Below the pieces are notes generated by a model. The model did not search any database and had not been told where the DNA came from. It saw only the letters and a list, made by a program, of their open reading frames with translations. A stretch of DNA of 64,000 bases. Origin: Gammaproteobacteria bacterium. GTDB lineage: Bacteria; Pseudomonadota; Gammaproteobacteria; SZUA-140. The stretch lies in the NCBI GenBank assembly GCA_020847075.1, contig JADLCS010000057.1:21052-85051 (forward strand), given 5' to 3'. A program made the translations under genes and the position numbers. Below, in pieces: positions 36,981 through 45,763 of the stretch; position 1 is the stretch's first letter; each line of letters opens with the position of its first letter.

Positions 36981-38226
36981 TCTGGCGGTGAAGAGCCTGT
37001 GGAACCGTCGCCTGACGGTGGTATTTACCCTCTGCGCGATCGCCCTCAGCGTGACCCTGTTGCTCGGGGTGGAGCGCCTGCGTACCGAGGCGCGTAACGG
37101 CTTCGCCAACACCATTTCAGGGGTGGATCTGATCGTCGGCGCCCGCGGCGGCGGCGTGCAATTGCTGCTGTACTCGGTGTTCCACATCGGCAACGCCACC
37201 AACAATATCGACTGGCGAAGCTATCAGGACATCGCTGGTCAGCCCCAGGTCGACTGGGCGGTACCGATCTCGCTCGGAGATTCCCATCGGGGTTACCGCG
37301 TGGTGGGCACGGATCCGTCGTTTTTCGAGCATTACTACTTTGCCGGAGACCGCGCCCTCAGGTTCACGGAGGGCAAGGCGTTCACGACACCCTTCGAGGC
37401 CGTACTCGGCGCCGATGTCGCCCGCCGCCTGAAATATCACCTCGGGCAGGAGATCGTGCTCGCCCACGGCGCCGGCGAAGTCAATCTGATGGAACACACG
37501 AATATGCCGTTCCATGTCGTCGGTCTGCTGGGCCGCACCGGCACGCCGCTGGATCGTTCGATTCTGGTGAGCCTGGAAGGCATCACGGCGATCCATGTGG
37601 GTTGGGAGGCCGGCGTGCCGACGCCCGGCTTGCATGTGACCGAAGAACAGGCCATGCATATGAATCTGACGCCCAAGACCATCACCGCCATGCTGGTCGG
37701 CCTGAAGTCGCGCATCGCCACCTTCCGGGTACAGCGCTACATCAACGACTATCGTGACGAACCGCTGCTCGCGATCCTGCCCGGCGCGACCCTGCAGGAA
37801 CTGTGGGATCTGGTCGGCGTGGGCGAGCGTATGTTGCTGGCGGTGTCGGGTTTCGTGGTGGTCGTCGGTATGGCCGGCCTGCTGACAGTGCTGCTGGCGG
37901 GACTGGAGGCGCGACGGCGGGAGATGGCGGTGCTGCGCTCGGTGGGTGCGCGACCGGGCCAGATTCTGGGCCTGATCCTGGGGGAGACGGCGGCGCTGAC
38001 GCTGGCGGGGATCGGGCTGGGAGTGGTGCTGTTGTACGGACTCATTCTGATACTGCGACCGGTGCTGGAGTCGCAGTGGGGATTATATCTCGGCATCGCG
38101 CCGCCGACGCTGCGCGAACTGGGCCTCATGGGGACGGTATTCGGGGTGGGATTGCTGAGCGGTTTGTTGCCCGCCTGGCTTGCCTATCACCGCTCGCTCG
38201 CCGACGGGCTCACCGTACGGCTTTGA
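36967..38226 (+). CDS. zrgC: ABC transporter permease, FtsX-like (ZrgC-like)
   Basis: 419 aa, N-terminal TM, large periplasmic domain, C-terminal FtsX 3-TM bundle. Overlaps the zrgB stop. Confidence 0.75.
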   Translation: MSMLDLAVKSLWNRRLTVVFTLCAIALSVTLLLGVERLRTEARNGFANTISGVDLIVGARGGGVQLLLYSVFHIGNATNNIDWRSYQDIAGQPQVDWAVPISLGDSHRGYRVVGTDPSFFEHYYFAGDRALRFTEGKAFTTPFEAVLGADVARRLKYHLGQEIVLAHGAGEVNLMEHTNMPFHVVGLLGRTGTPLDRSILVSLEGITAIHVGWEAGVPTPGLHVTEEQAMHMNLTPKTITAMLVGLKSRIATFRVQRYINDYRDEPLLAILPGATLQELWDLVGVGERMLLAVSGFVVVVGMAGLLTVLLAGLEARRREMAVLRSVGARPGQILGLILGETAALTLAGIGLGVVLLYGLILILRPVLESQWGLYLGIAPPTLRELGLMGTVFGVGLLSGLLPAWLAYHRSLADGLTVRL

Positions 38227-38239
38227 GAGGGAGAAAGTC

Positions 38240-38848
38240 ATGAAATCGAGAGTGATCACGGGCATGATCGTCGTACTCGCCGCCATGTCCACCGCGTGTG
38301 ACGAGACGGGTCAGGCCGGTAGCGCGGCACGCCAGATAATAGATCTGCGGGGACCGGCGGCTGCGGCCGGAAATACCGTCGCCACGGGGGTGAAGGTCCT
38401 CAATTGGGATAACCTGCTGCCCGACGATTTCCATCCGGAGAAGCTTCTGGATGGCTACGATACCGAGACTTTGAGTGATGACGACCCGCGCGCGCAGGAG
38501 CTGATGAAAAAACTGCAGGCGATGTGGAAGGAAGCACCGGTGGTGAACGCCCTGAACGGACAGACGGTGAAACTGCCCGGTTTCGTCGTGCCGCTCGAAG
38601 GGGACGGACGGGTGGTGAACGAGTTTCTGCTGGTGCCCTATTACGGCGCCTGCATCCACGTTCCGCCGCCGCCGGCCAACCAGATCGTGTATGTCAGGGC
38701 TCAGGGGCGCAACGTGCAGGTACGCCGCTTGTTCGACACTGTCTGGGTGACGGGGACAATGAAGGTGGAACGTGCCTCGAGCGAACTCGGCGAGGCCGGA
38801 TATATCATCGATGCGCTCAATGTGGAGCCGTACGAGGCGGAGCAATAA
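38240..38848 (+). CDS. zrgD: DUF3299-family periplasmic protein (ZrgD-like)
   Basis: Signal peptide with lipobox-like STAC. Conserved LVPYYGACIHVPPPPANQ motif. Confidence 0.7.
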   Translation: MKSRVITGMIVVLAAMSTACDETGQAGSAARQIIDLRGPAAAAGNTVATGVKVLNWDNLLPDDFHPEKLLDGYDTETLSDDDPRAQELMKKLQAMWKEAPVVNALNGQTVKLPGFVVPLEGDGRVVNEFLLVPYYGACIHVPPPPANQIVYVRAQGRNVQVRRLFDTVWVTGTMKVERASSELGEAGYIIDALNVEPYEAEQ

Positions 38849-38873
38849 CGGAATACCTGTGCGGGTGGGTCGC

Positions 38874-39248
38874 ATGAAGTATATGAATGCGGAGATCCGC
38901 GACATGGTGCCATGTGATCCTGACAGCGATGTTCCTCACGCCTGGATAGACATCGAGGTTCAGGTGCTCCTCGACGGCGCGGCCCGGGTAACGGCGTTGC
39001 GCATGCCCCGGCTGTTCGATCCGGTCTATAAATATGACTCGACGTACCAGATCAAGATGCTGCATGCGGAAAACGAGGACGCCATCCGTCTGATGAACGC
39101 GCCGGTTGCCATTTTGCGCCGACCCCGCCGCATCCCGATCCGGACCGGGTGCGCGAAGCCGCCGCCCTGGATTGTACCCAGGGTGGGGGCTGGCCCCGGG
39201 GTCTTCTTCGCCGAGCGGGTCACGATACGGTGTGATCAGAAGCGCTGA
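38874..39248 (+). CDS. Hypothetical protein (124 aa) downstream of zrgD
   Basis: ORF with ATG at 38874. No recognisable motifs. Confidence 0.4.
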   Translation: MKYMNAEIRDMVPCDPDSDVPHAWIDIEVQVLLDGAARVTALRMPRLFDPVYKYDSTYQIKMLHAENEDAIRLMNAPVAILRRPRRIPIRTGCAKPPPWIVPRVGAGPGVFFAERVTIRCDQKR

Positions 39249-39274
39249 GCGGGATTCCCCGGTAAAATACCCGG

Positions 39275-39571
39275 ATGATGAGAATGCTGCTGGCGGCGGG
39301 GCTGCTGGTCAAGCTCGCCGTCGCCTGGGCGGGGCCGGTCTGCCACATCCATCCGCCGGCGACCGATCCCGCCTCCGCGTTGACGACCCCGCCGATTGCC
39401 GGGCCGTACGCCTCCGGGGAGGCGTGCGAGCAGGCGAACGAGCGTCTGTTTGCCGGTCAGGGCCGCTGCCACTGTGCCTCCGACTGGGGGGCGACGGGGG
39501 TGAAGCCGTTCCTGTCTCCATCGCCTGTGATGCCGGAAGACCCGGCGCTCAACGCCCGCCCGTTCTACTAG
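39275..39571 (+). CDS. Small secreted Cys/His-containing protein (98 aa), hypothetical
   Basis: Signal peptide MMRMLLAAGLLVKLAVAWA. CHIH...C...CHC motifs. Weak RBS. Confidence 0.3.
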   Translation: MMRMLLAAGLLVKLAVAWAGPVCHIHPPATDPASALTTPPIAGPYASGEACEQANERLFAGQGRCHCASDWGATGVKPFLSPSPVMPEDPALNARPFY

Positions 39572-39949
39572 CCGCCGGTTGACCCCGGGCCCGCGTCCGT
39601 GTGGATAACGTGGTCAGCGAAGTCAGCACCCCCGGGCGGAAACGGCCGGTGCCGGCGGCGAGCACCGACTTGAGCCGCACCTGCGGGGTAGGCCGGTGAA
39701 GACCCAGAAGGCGATGGCCGGAGGCAGGAACAGCATCAGCAGGAACAGGACCAGAACGCCTCTCTGCAGGGCATTCGTGGCCAGCGTGTGCGGGCGTTTC
39801 TTGACGATTTCCGAGTCGTCGTCCCGGTAACTCAGGCCCGGGCCGCACGGCAGCAGGTCCTGTTGCCCGGCACCTTCGTGGCCACTCGATCGCGCTCTGG
39901 TCGCGTGCCTCTTGTGCTATCCTGTGGCGGACGGTTTGAGCGGTTCATG

Positions 39950-40060
39950 GTGACCCGTATCGGCCCCCTCGCAACGATAGGCTGTAAACCCCGTCAGGCC
40001 CGGAAGGGAGCAGCGGTAGCAGTCGATGCGTGTGCCGGGGTGCGGCGGGTACGGGTTGCC
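39950..40060 (+). ncRNA. ffs: Signal recognition particle RNA (4.5S RNA, small bacterial type)
   Basis: GTCAGGCCCGGAAGGGAGCAGC and flanking CGCAACG...GCTGTAAACC...GATGCGTGTGCCGGGGTG match the E. coli 4.5S domain IV and helix sequence nearly base for base. 5'/3' ends can pair. Sits in the classic position upstream of dnaX. Confidence 0.85.
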
Positions 40061-40178
40061 TCCCTTCCCGAGGAAGCGGGACCGCCTTCAGGCGCGAGCC
40101 CTGCTTTGAGGTACACTGCATGCCTGCCGGATGCGGTCGGGACGACACCGGGATCCGATACGACGGAATGGGAAATCG

Positions 40179-41783
40179 ATGAGCTATCAAGTGCTTGCGC
40201 GCAAGTGGCGGCCGCGCACCTTTACCGAGATGGTGGGGCAGGAGCATGTGCTGCGCGCGCTCGTCAACGCGCTCGACCATGACCGTCTCCATCATGCCTA
40301 CCTGTTCACCGGGACGCGCGGGGTCGGCAAGACCACGATCGCGCGGGTGCTGGCCAAGGCGCTCAATTGTGAACGGGGCGTCGGTTCGAACCCGTGCGGC
40401 GAATGCGCCTCCTGCCGCGAGATCGACGAGGGTCGTTTCGTCGACCTGATCGAGGTGGACGCCGCCTCGCGCACCAAGGTGGAGGATACGCGCGACCTGC
40501 TCGATTACGCCCAGTACGCCCCCACGCGGGGACGCTACAAGGTCTATCTCATCGATGAGGTCCACATGTTGTCCAAGCACAGCTTCAACGCCTTGTTGAA
40601 GACGCTGGAAGAACCTCCGCCACACGTGAAGTTTCTGCTCGCGACCACCGATCCGCAGCGTCTGCCGGTCACCATCCTGTCGCGTTGCCTGCAGTTCAAC
40701 CTGAAGCACCTTTCCGCCGAGTCGATCGCGCGCCACCTGGGCAGGATCCTCGACCAGGAAGGTATCGAATCCGAACCGGCGGCGGTGGCGCAGATCGCCC
40801 GCGCCGCGTCCGGCAGCGTACGCGACAGCCTGAGCCTGCTCGACCAGGCCATCGCCTACGGGGGCGGGCGGGTGGTGGAGGCGGAGGTGCGGGCGATGCT
40901 CGGTACGATCGAGCAGGGCTATGTCATCGAGTTGCTCGAGGCCCTCGCCGCGGGCGACGGCGCCGCGCTGCTGCAGTGTGTGCAGCGTGTGGCGGAACAT
41001 ACCTTCGAGTTCTCCGACCTGCTCGATGAAACGATCTCCGCGCTGCAGCGCATCGCGCTGGCGCAACTGGTCCCCGCCGCCGTGGACGACAGCCATGGTG
41101 ACGCCGCGCAGATCGCCGCGCTCGCGGAACGCATGAGCCGGGAGGACGTGCAGCTCTATTATCAGATCGCCGTGCTCGGCCGGCGCGATCTGCCGCATGT
41201 ACCCGAGCACCGCGGCGGTTTCGAGATGATTCTACTGCGCATGCTCGCGTTCCGCCCGGCCGGGCCGGGGGAGATCGCGACGGAGACGCGTGGTGCCGCG
41301 CCCCCGCCCGCAACGAAGCCTCCGGGGTCGCGGACCGCCGCTCCTCCAGCGCAGACCCCGGCGTCGACCGGCGCCGCTCCGTCGCGGCCCGCGGCGCCCC
41401 CGGCCGACTCCGGCTGGAACGACGTCGTGAATACCCTGGGCCTGCAGGGCATGGTGCGTGAACTCGCCGTCAACTGCATCCTGCTCGGACGGGACGGTGA
41501 GGTGATCCGTCTGATGGTCGACAAGGCCCACGCGCATCTGTACAACAAGACCATGGAGGAACGGCTCCAGCAGGCGTTGTCCAGGCATTACGGTGCCGAT
41601 ATCCGTCTCTCCGTTCAGATCGGCGAGCCCGAGGGGGCGACGCCGGCGCGCCTGCGCCGGCAGCAGGAAAACGATCGCATGCAGGCGGCCATCAGCTCGC
41701 TCGAGAATGACGCCGAGGTGAGGACCCTGAAAGAGACCTTCAATGCCCGCATTGTGCCGGAGACGGTGGAACCGCTCGACTGA
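40179..41783 (+). CDS. dnaX: DNA polymerase III subunits gamma/tau
   Basis: MSYQVLARKWRP..., Walker A GTRGVGKTT, zinc module CGECASC. Pro/Ala-rich linker. Confidence 0.9.
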   Translation: MSYQVLARKWRPRTFTEMVGQEHVLRALVNALDHDRLHHAYLFTGTRGVGKTTIARVLAKALNCERGVGSNPCGECASCREIDEGRFVDLIEVDAASRTKVEDTRDLLDYAQYAPTRGRYKVYLIDEVHMLSKHSFNALLKTLEEPPPHVKFLLATTDPQRLPVTILSRCLQFNLKHLSAESIARHLGRILDQEGIESEPAAVAQIARAASGSVRDSLSLLDQAIAYGGGRVVEAEVRAMLGTIEQGYVIELLEALAAGDGAALLQCVQRVAEHTFEFSDLLDETISALQRIALAQLVPAAVDDSHGDAAQIAALAERMSREDVQLYYQIAVLGRRDLPHVPEHRGGFEMILLRMLAFRPAGPGEIATETRGAAPPPATKPPGSRTAAPPAQTPASTGAAPSRPAAPPADSGWNDVVNTLGLQGMVRELAVNCILLGRDGEVIRLMVDKAHAHLYNKTMEERLQQALSRHYGADIRLSVQIGEPEGATPARLRRQQENDRMQAAISSLENDAEVRTLKETFNARIVPETVEPLD

Positions 41784-41863
41784 CGGGCAGGACGGGCGAC
41801 CCGCCCGCGTTCATATCCATCGTCGCCGGGAGCGCGGCGACGCCATAACCGAGAGGAAGTGTC

Positions 41864-42187
41864 ATGAAAGGTGGCTTGGGTAATCTGATGAAGCAGGCGC
41901 AGAAGATGCAGGAGGATCTGCAAAAGGCGCAGGAAGAGATCGCCGCCATGGAGGTCACCGGTCAGGCCGGCGGCGGCATGGTGAGCGTCGTCATGACCGG
42001 CCGCCACGACGTCAAACGGGTCAGCATCGACGACAGCCTGCTGAAGGACGACAAGGAAATGCTGGAGGATCTGATCGCCGCCGCCGTGAACGACGCGGTG
42101 CGCCGGATCGAGAGCGAATCCAAGGAAAAGATGGCGGGCATGACGCGCGGCCTGCCGCTGCCGCCTGGAATGAAGCTGCCGTTCTGA
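41864..42187 (+). CDS. ybaB: Nucleoid-associated protein YbaB/EbfC
   Basis: [22 protein letters not shown]... 107 aa, conserved dnaX-ybaB-recR order. Confidence 0.9.
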   Translation: MKGGLGNLMKQAQKMQEDLQKAQEEIAAMEVTGQAGGGMVSVVMTGRHDVKRVSIDDSLLKDDKEMLEDLIAAAVNDAVRRIESESKEKMAGMTRGLPLPPGMKLPF

Positions 42188-42197
42188 CGGGACGCCG

Positions 42198-42794
42198 GTG
42201 TCCGACAGCCCGCTCATCGACCGTTTGATCGAGGCGCTGCGTTGCCTGCCGGGCGTCGGCCCGAAGTCATCGCAGCGCATCGCCTATCACCTACTCGAGC
42301 GCAACCGCGAGGGGGCCCGCAGGCTGGCCGTGGCGCTGCAGGAGGCCGCCGACGGGGTCGGCCGCTGCGGTGAATGCCGGACGCTGAGCGAGAACGTCCT
42401 GTGTCGCCTGTGCGCGAGCGACAAGCGCAACGCGGCGCAGCTGTGTGTGGTGGAGAATCCGGTGGACGTCCAGGCCATCGAACACACGACTTCCTATCAG
42501 GGGCGTTATTTCGTCCTGATGGGGCATCTTTCTCCGCTCGATGGCATCGGTCCGGAGGATATCGGTCTCGATCAACTGGAGCAGCGTTTCCGCCAGGGCA
42601 GGGTGAGCGAGGTGATTCTGGCCACCAATCCCACGGTGGAAGGCGAGGCCACCGCCCATTACATCGCCGATATGGCGCGCGAGCATGGCATCCGCGCCAG
42701 CCGCATCGCGTATGGCGTGCCGTTCGGCGGGGAACTGGAGTATGTGGATGCGGGGACGCTCTCGCACGCGATCGCCGGGCGACGCGATATCTGA
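42198..42794 (+). CDS. recR: Recombination protein RecR
   Basis: [11 protein letters not shown] HhH, C4 zinc finger [16 protein letters not shown], Toprim. Confidence 0.9.
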   Translation: MSDSPLIDRLIEALRCLPGVGPKSSQRIAYHLLERNREGARRLAVALQEAADGVGRCGECRTLSENVLCRLCASDKRNAAQLCVVENPVDVQAIEHTTSYQGRYFVLMGHLSPLDGIGPEDIGLDQLEQRFRQGRVSEVILATNPTVEGEATAHYIADMAREHGIRASRIAYGVPFGGELEYVDAGTLSHAIAGRRDI

Positions 42795-42908
42795 CGCGCG
42801 CGCCAGCCGCCGCGGGCGTCCCATGCGAGGGCCGGCGACCGGGGCTATCCCCATGGATGGCAGTCGGTGCGATGCGAGATCCGTCCGGGTGTGCGAAGGA
42901 GTATACCG

Positions 42909-43307
42909 ATGATTCCAGGGACCGTACTGTTCGCCTCGACGACCTTCGCCATCATGCTGGCGACCTTCTTTCTGTCCCGGGTGCGCCGCCTGCATATCGT
43001 GGTGATGAGTTCGATCATGGTGATCGATCTTTTCTTTCCCGTCTATCTTTACATGACGCGGGATTGGCACAAGAAGCTGATCGAACACGGTGAGATATTC
43101 TCCTTTCTCATGTGGATGCATTTCATTCTCGTGATCACCTTGTATGTGCTCTATGTGGTGCAGATCCAGACCGCGCGCCGGATCCTCGGCGGCGACGACC
43201 AGATGAGGCGCGACCACCGCGCGCAGGGAATCGGCATCCTGATCACGCGCGGCCTGGTGATCTTCACCGGCGCCTTGCTGGCCGAGCCCGCGATCGCCTT
43301 TCACTAA
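42909..43307 (+). CDS. Small 3-4 TM membrane protein, hypothetical
   Basis: SD GAAGGAG. Hydrophobic helices. Lies between recR and the ncg-nirK promoter. Confidence 0.5.
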   Translation: MIPGTVLFASTTFAIMLATFFLSRVRRLHIVVMSSIMVIDLFFPVYLYMTRDWHKKLIEHGEIFSFLMWMHFILVITLYVLYVVQIQTARRILGGDDQMRRDHRAQGIGILITRGLVIFTGALLAEPAIAFH

Positions 43308-43410
43308 TCTCAGGAATACCGTATATTCCACCCACCCGAGCCCTTGCCCGGTTGATGTGGGCGGGATGCGCTCGCGCCATATCGACCGATAACCTACCGA
43401 TTTACTCGGA

Positions 43411-43426
43411 TATTTTCCGGAAAATA
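43411..43426. promoter_or_regulatory. 16-bp perfect palindrome TATTTTCCGGAAAATA abutting the -35 element of the ncgA promoter
   Basis: Perfect dyad ending 4 bp upstream of TTGACA. Candidate activator/repressor site. Confidence 0.4.
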
Positions 43427-43430
43427 ATAC

Positions 43431-43475
43431 TTGACATACCCCGCCTCCCGAAATAAATATGTATACAAAATACAT
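43431..43475 (+). promoter_or_regulatory. Near-consensus sigma70 promoter (TTGACA-N17-TAAATA) overlapped by an NsrR-type dyad ATGTAT-N5-ATACAT
   Basis: -35 at 43431-43436, -10 at 43454-43459. Inverted repeat 43459-43475 resembles the NsrR consensus (ATGCAT-N5-ATGCAT half-sites) and covers -10/+1. Confidence 0.6.
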
Positions 43476-43519
43476 CTTTTATCCGGCAGGACCAAAAGAC
43501 ATTCAGACAAGGAGGGGGC

Positions 43520-44648
43520 ATGGCGTCAACATTCAAACATCATCGGCGGCTGTACTGGTACGAGGCCATCATCGCGTTACTGCTTTTGCTCGGCGCCGCG
43601 CAGGCGTATGCCGAGAACCGGGGAGTTCGAGCTCACGATCGAAGAAAGAAAGATCCAAGTGGCCCCCGACCTGGAGTATCAGGTATTCGCCTACAATGGC
43701 CAGGTGCCGGCACCGCTGATCCATGTGAAAGAGGGTGACGACGTTACCATCCACCTCACCAACAACACGACGCTGCCCCATACCATCCACTGGCATGGGC
43801 AGTACCAGCGCGCCAACCTTGTCGACTCCACCGAGCCCAGCAACTGGAAAATGGACGGGGTTCCCGGTGTGACGCAGAAGGCGGTTCAGCCAGGTGAGAC
43901 CTTCACCTACAAGTTCAGGGCCGAGAAGACCGGAAGCACCTGGTATCACTGCCATGTCAACGTGAGCGAGCACGTCGGGATGCGCGGGATGTGGGGGCCG
44001 CTCATCGTCGATCCGGCCAAACCCACCAAGCTGGAGAAAAAGGTCACCAAGGACGTGATCATGATGTTCAGCTCATGGGATTCCAACTATGCGGAAAAGC
44101 TGGGATCGGGCGGGAGCCCGGTCGAGCCCTCCAATTATTTCTCCATCAACGGACGCTCCTTCCCGACGACGCAACCGATCAATGTCAAGAAAGGGGATGT
44201 GGTGAGATTCCGGATGTTTGGCGCGGGAGGGGAGCTTCATTCCATCCATATCCACGGTCACGACATGCTGATCACGCACAAGGATGGCCTGCCGCTGCCG
44301 GCGCCGTACTATGCCGACACCATTCTGGTCGCCCCGGGCGAGCGTTACGACGCCATCATGGAAATGAACAATCCGGGCATCTGGATGGTGCATGACCACA
44401 TCGACCCACACGTCACCAACAATGGCAAGCATGATGGGGGGGTGATGACGGTGATCGCCTACGAGGGAATGATGCCGGTGATGTCGGACGATTCGCACGG
44501 CATGCTGCCCAATGACGACCCCGATTTCTACTACAGCGAATCGATGAAGAAGCCGTATGGCATGTACAACAATGAGCATTTCGCCGGCGCTCCGCTGCAG
44601 ACCGAGGGGCGGCGCGAGCGGAGGAGGGAGCAACATGACGCACATTAA
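43520..44648 (+). CDS. ncgA: Two-domain multicopper oxidase NcgA-like (Tat/Sec signal peptide out of frame with mature domain: frameshift at G4 run 43620-43623)
   Basis: Strong SD AAGGAGGGGG + ATG 43520 encodes signal MASTFKHHRRLYWYEAIIALLLLLGAAQAYA. Copper motifs HTIHWHG, WYHCH...H...M, HSIHIHGHDM and MVHDH lie in the +1 frame from 43597 onward. Removing one G restores ...AYAENREFELTIEE.... Confidence 0.6.
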
Positions 44649-45327
44649 ATACCTGGTTGCCGCCGTCATGCTGGCGGGTGCGAACATCGCCGGCGCGGAG
44701 GACGGCGCCGCCATCCTGCAGGGACAGTGCGCCTCCTGCCACAACCTGACGGGGCCGGCGCCCGCCACCCTGCAGGAATTGTGGAACCGCAAGGGCCCGG
44801 ATCTGTTCTATGCCGGCCTGAAGTACAAGGCGGCCTGGATGGAGGTATGGCTGCAGAAGCCGGAACGGATCCGCCCGGCGGGCATGTTCTACCCCGATCA
44901 CGTGAAGTCCGACGCCGAGGGCGGCGATGAAATCGACGACTCCACCCTCGTCGCGCATCCCGCGCTGCCCGCCCCCGAGGCCAAGGCCGTTACCGCGGCC
45001 CTGATGGAGCTCAAGGGCAAGGCGGAACTCGTCACGGCCGGGGCCTATACGCCCGGCACCCTCTCGCGCAGTTCCGGCGAGATGCTGTTCGACAAGTTCA
45101 AGGGATGCCTGGCCTGCCACGAGATCGAACCGGGTTACGGCGGCCTCTCCGGTCCCGAGGTCTATACCGCGGGGCAGCGCCTGCAGGAAGACTGGCTGGC
45201 CAGCTACCTGCGCGACCCGCATGCGTGGGATCCCAAGGTATTCATGCCCAACAAGCATATCAATGAAACCGATACGCGGAAGTTCATTGATTATTTCCAC
45301 CTGCTGAGCGAGGAGGGCGCGAAATGA
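44635..45327 (+). CDS. ncgB: Dihaem c-type cytochrome (NcgB-like)
   Basis: Signal peptide; two CxxCH (CASCH, CLACH). SD GGAGGAGGGAG. Confidence 0.75.
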   Translation: MTHIKYLVAAVMLAGANIAGAEDGAAILQGQCASCHNLTGPAPATLQELWNRKGPDLFYAGLKYKAAWMEVWLQKPERIRPAGMFYPDHVKSDAEGGDEIDDSTLVAHPALPAPEAKAVTAALMELKGKAELVTAGAYTPGTLSRSSGEMLFDKFKGCLACHEIEPGYGGLSGPEVYTAGQRLQEDWLASYLRDPHAWDPKVFMPNKHINETDTRKFIDYFHLLSEEGAK

Positions 45328-45695
45328 AGGTTCTGAAGGTGATCGTGGCCGAACTCTGCGTGGCCAGCCTGCTGCTGGCCTGGTCGATGGCGGCGTCAGC
45401 GGCGGAGAAGGCCGCGGACAATTATCACACCTACTGCGCCCAGTGCCACGGCGTGAAGGGCAACGGCAAGGGCGTCAACGTGCGCGACATGTCGGTGCAG
45501 CCGCGTAATCACACCGACTCCAAGGAGATGTCCGCGCGCTCGGACGACGATATCTACAAGGTGATCAAGGAGGGAGGGGTGGCGATCAACAAGTCGGTGC
45601 TGATGCCGCCGTGGGGGGATGTCTTCAGCGACGAGGAGATCCACGGCCTGGTGACCTATCTGAGGGAGCTTTGCCAATGCAGCTATGGCAAATAA
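45324..45695 (+). CDS. ncgC: Monohaem class I cytochrome c (NcgC-like)
   Basis: Signal peptide; CAQCH; ATGA overlap with ncgB. Confidence 0.75.
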   Translation: MKVLKVIVAELCVASLLLAWSMAASAAEKAADNYHTYCAQCHGVKGNGKGVNVRDMSVQPRNHTDSKEMSARSDDDIYKVIKEGGVAINKSVLMPPWGDVFSDEEIHGLVTYLRELCQCSYGK

Positions 45696-45763
45696 CGGAA
45701 GCGCCGGGTTCGAAAATCAAGCAATCGTGACAACGGTAATATACGCCAACAAAGGAGAGTGAC

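Noticed and set aside
39945-41210. 421-aa minus-strand ORF antisense to dnaX and overlapping the ffs locus
   Set aside because: No RBS, Arg/Gly-rich spurious composition. The region is better explained by SRP RNA plus dnaX.
40179-41783. Programmed -1 frameshift site (A AAA AAG) in dnaX for gamma-subunit production
   Set aside because: No slippery heptamer is present in the GC-rich linker region. Gamma, if made, must arise otherwise.
43431-43596. N-terminal 55-aa extension of the ncgA ORF as listed in the ORF track
   Set aside because: It reads through the promoter (-35/-10) region with no RBS. The true start is the SD-preceded ATG at 43520 in another frame (frameshift finding).
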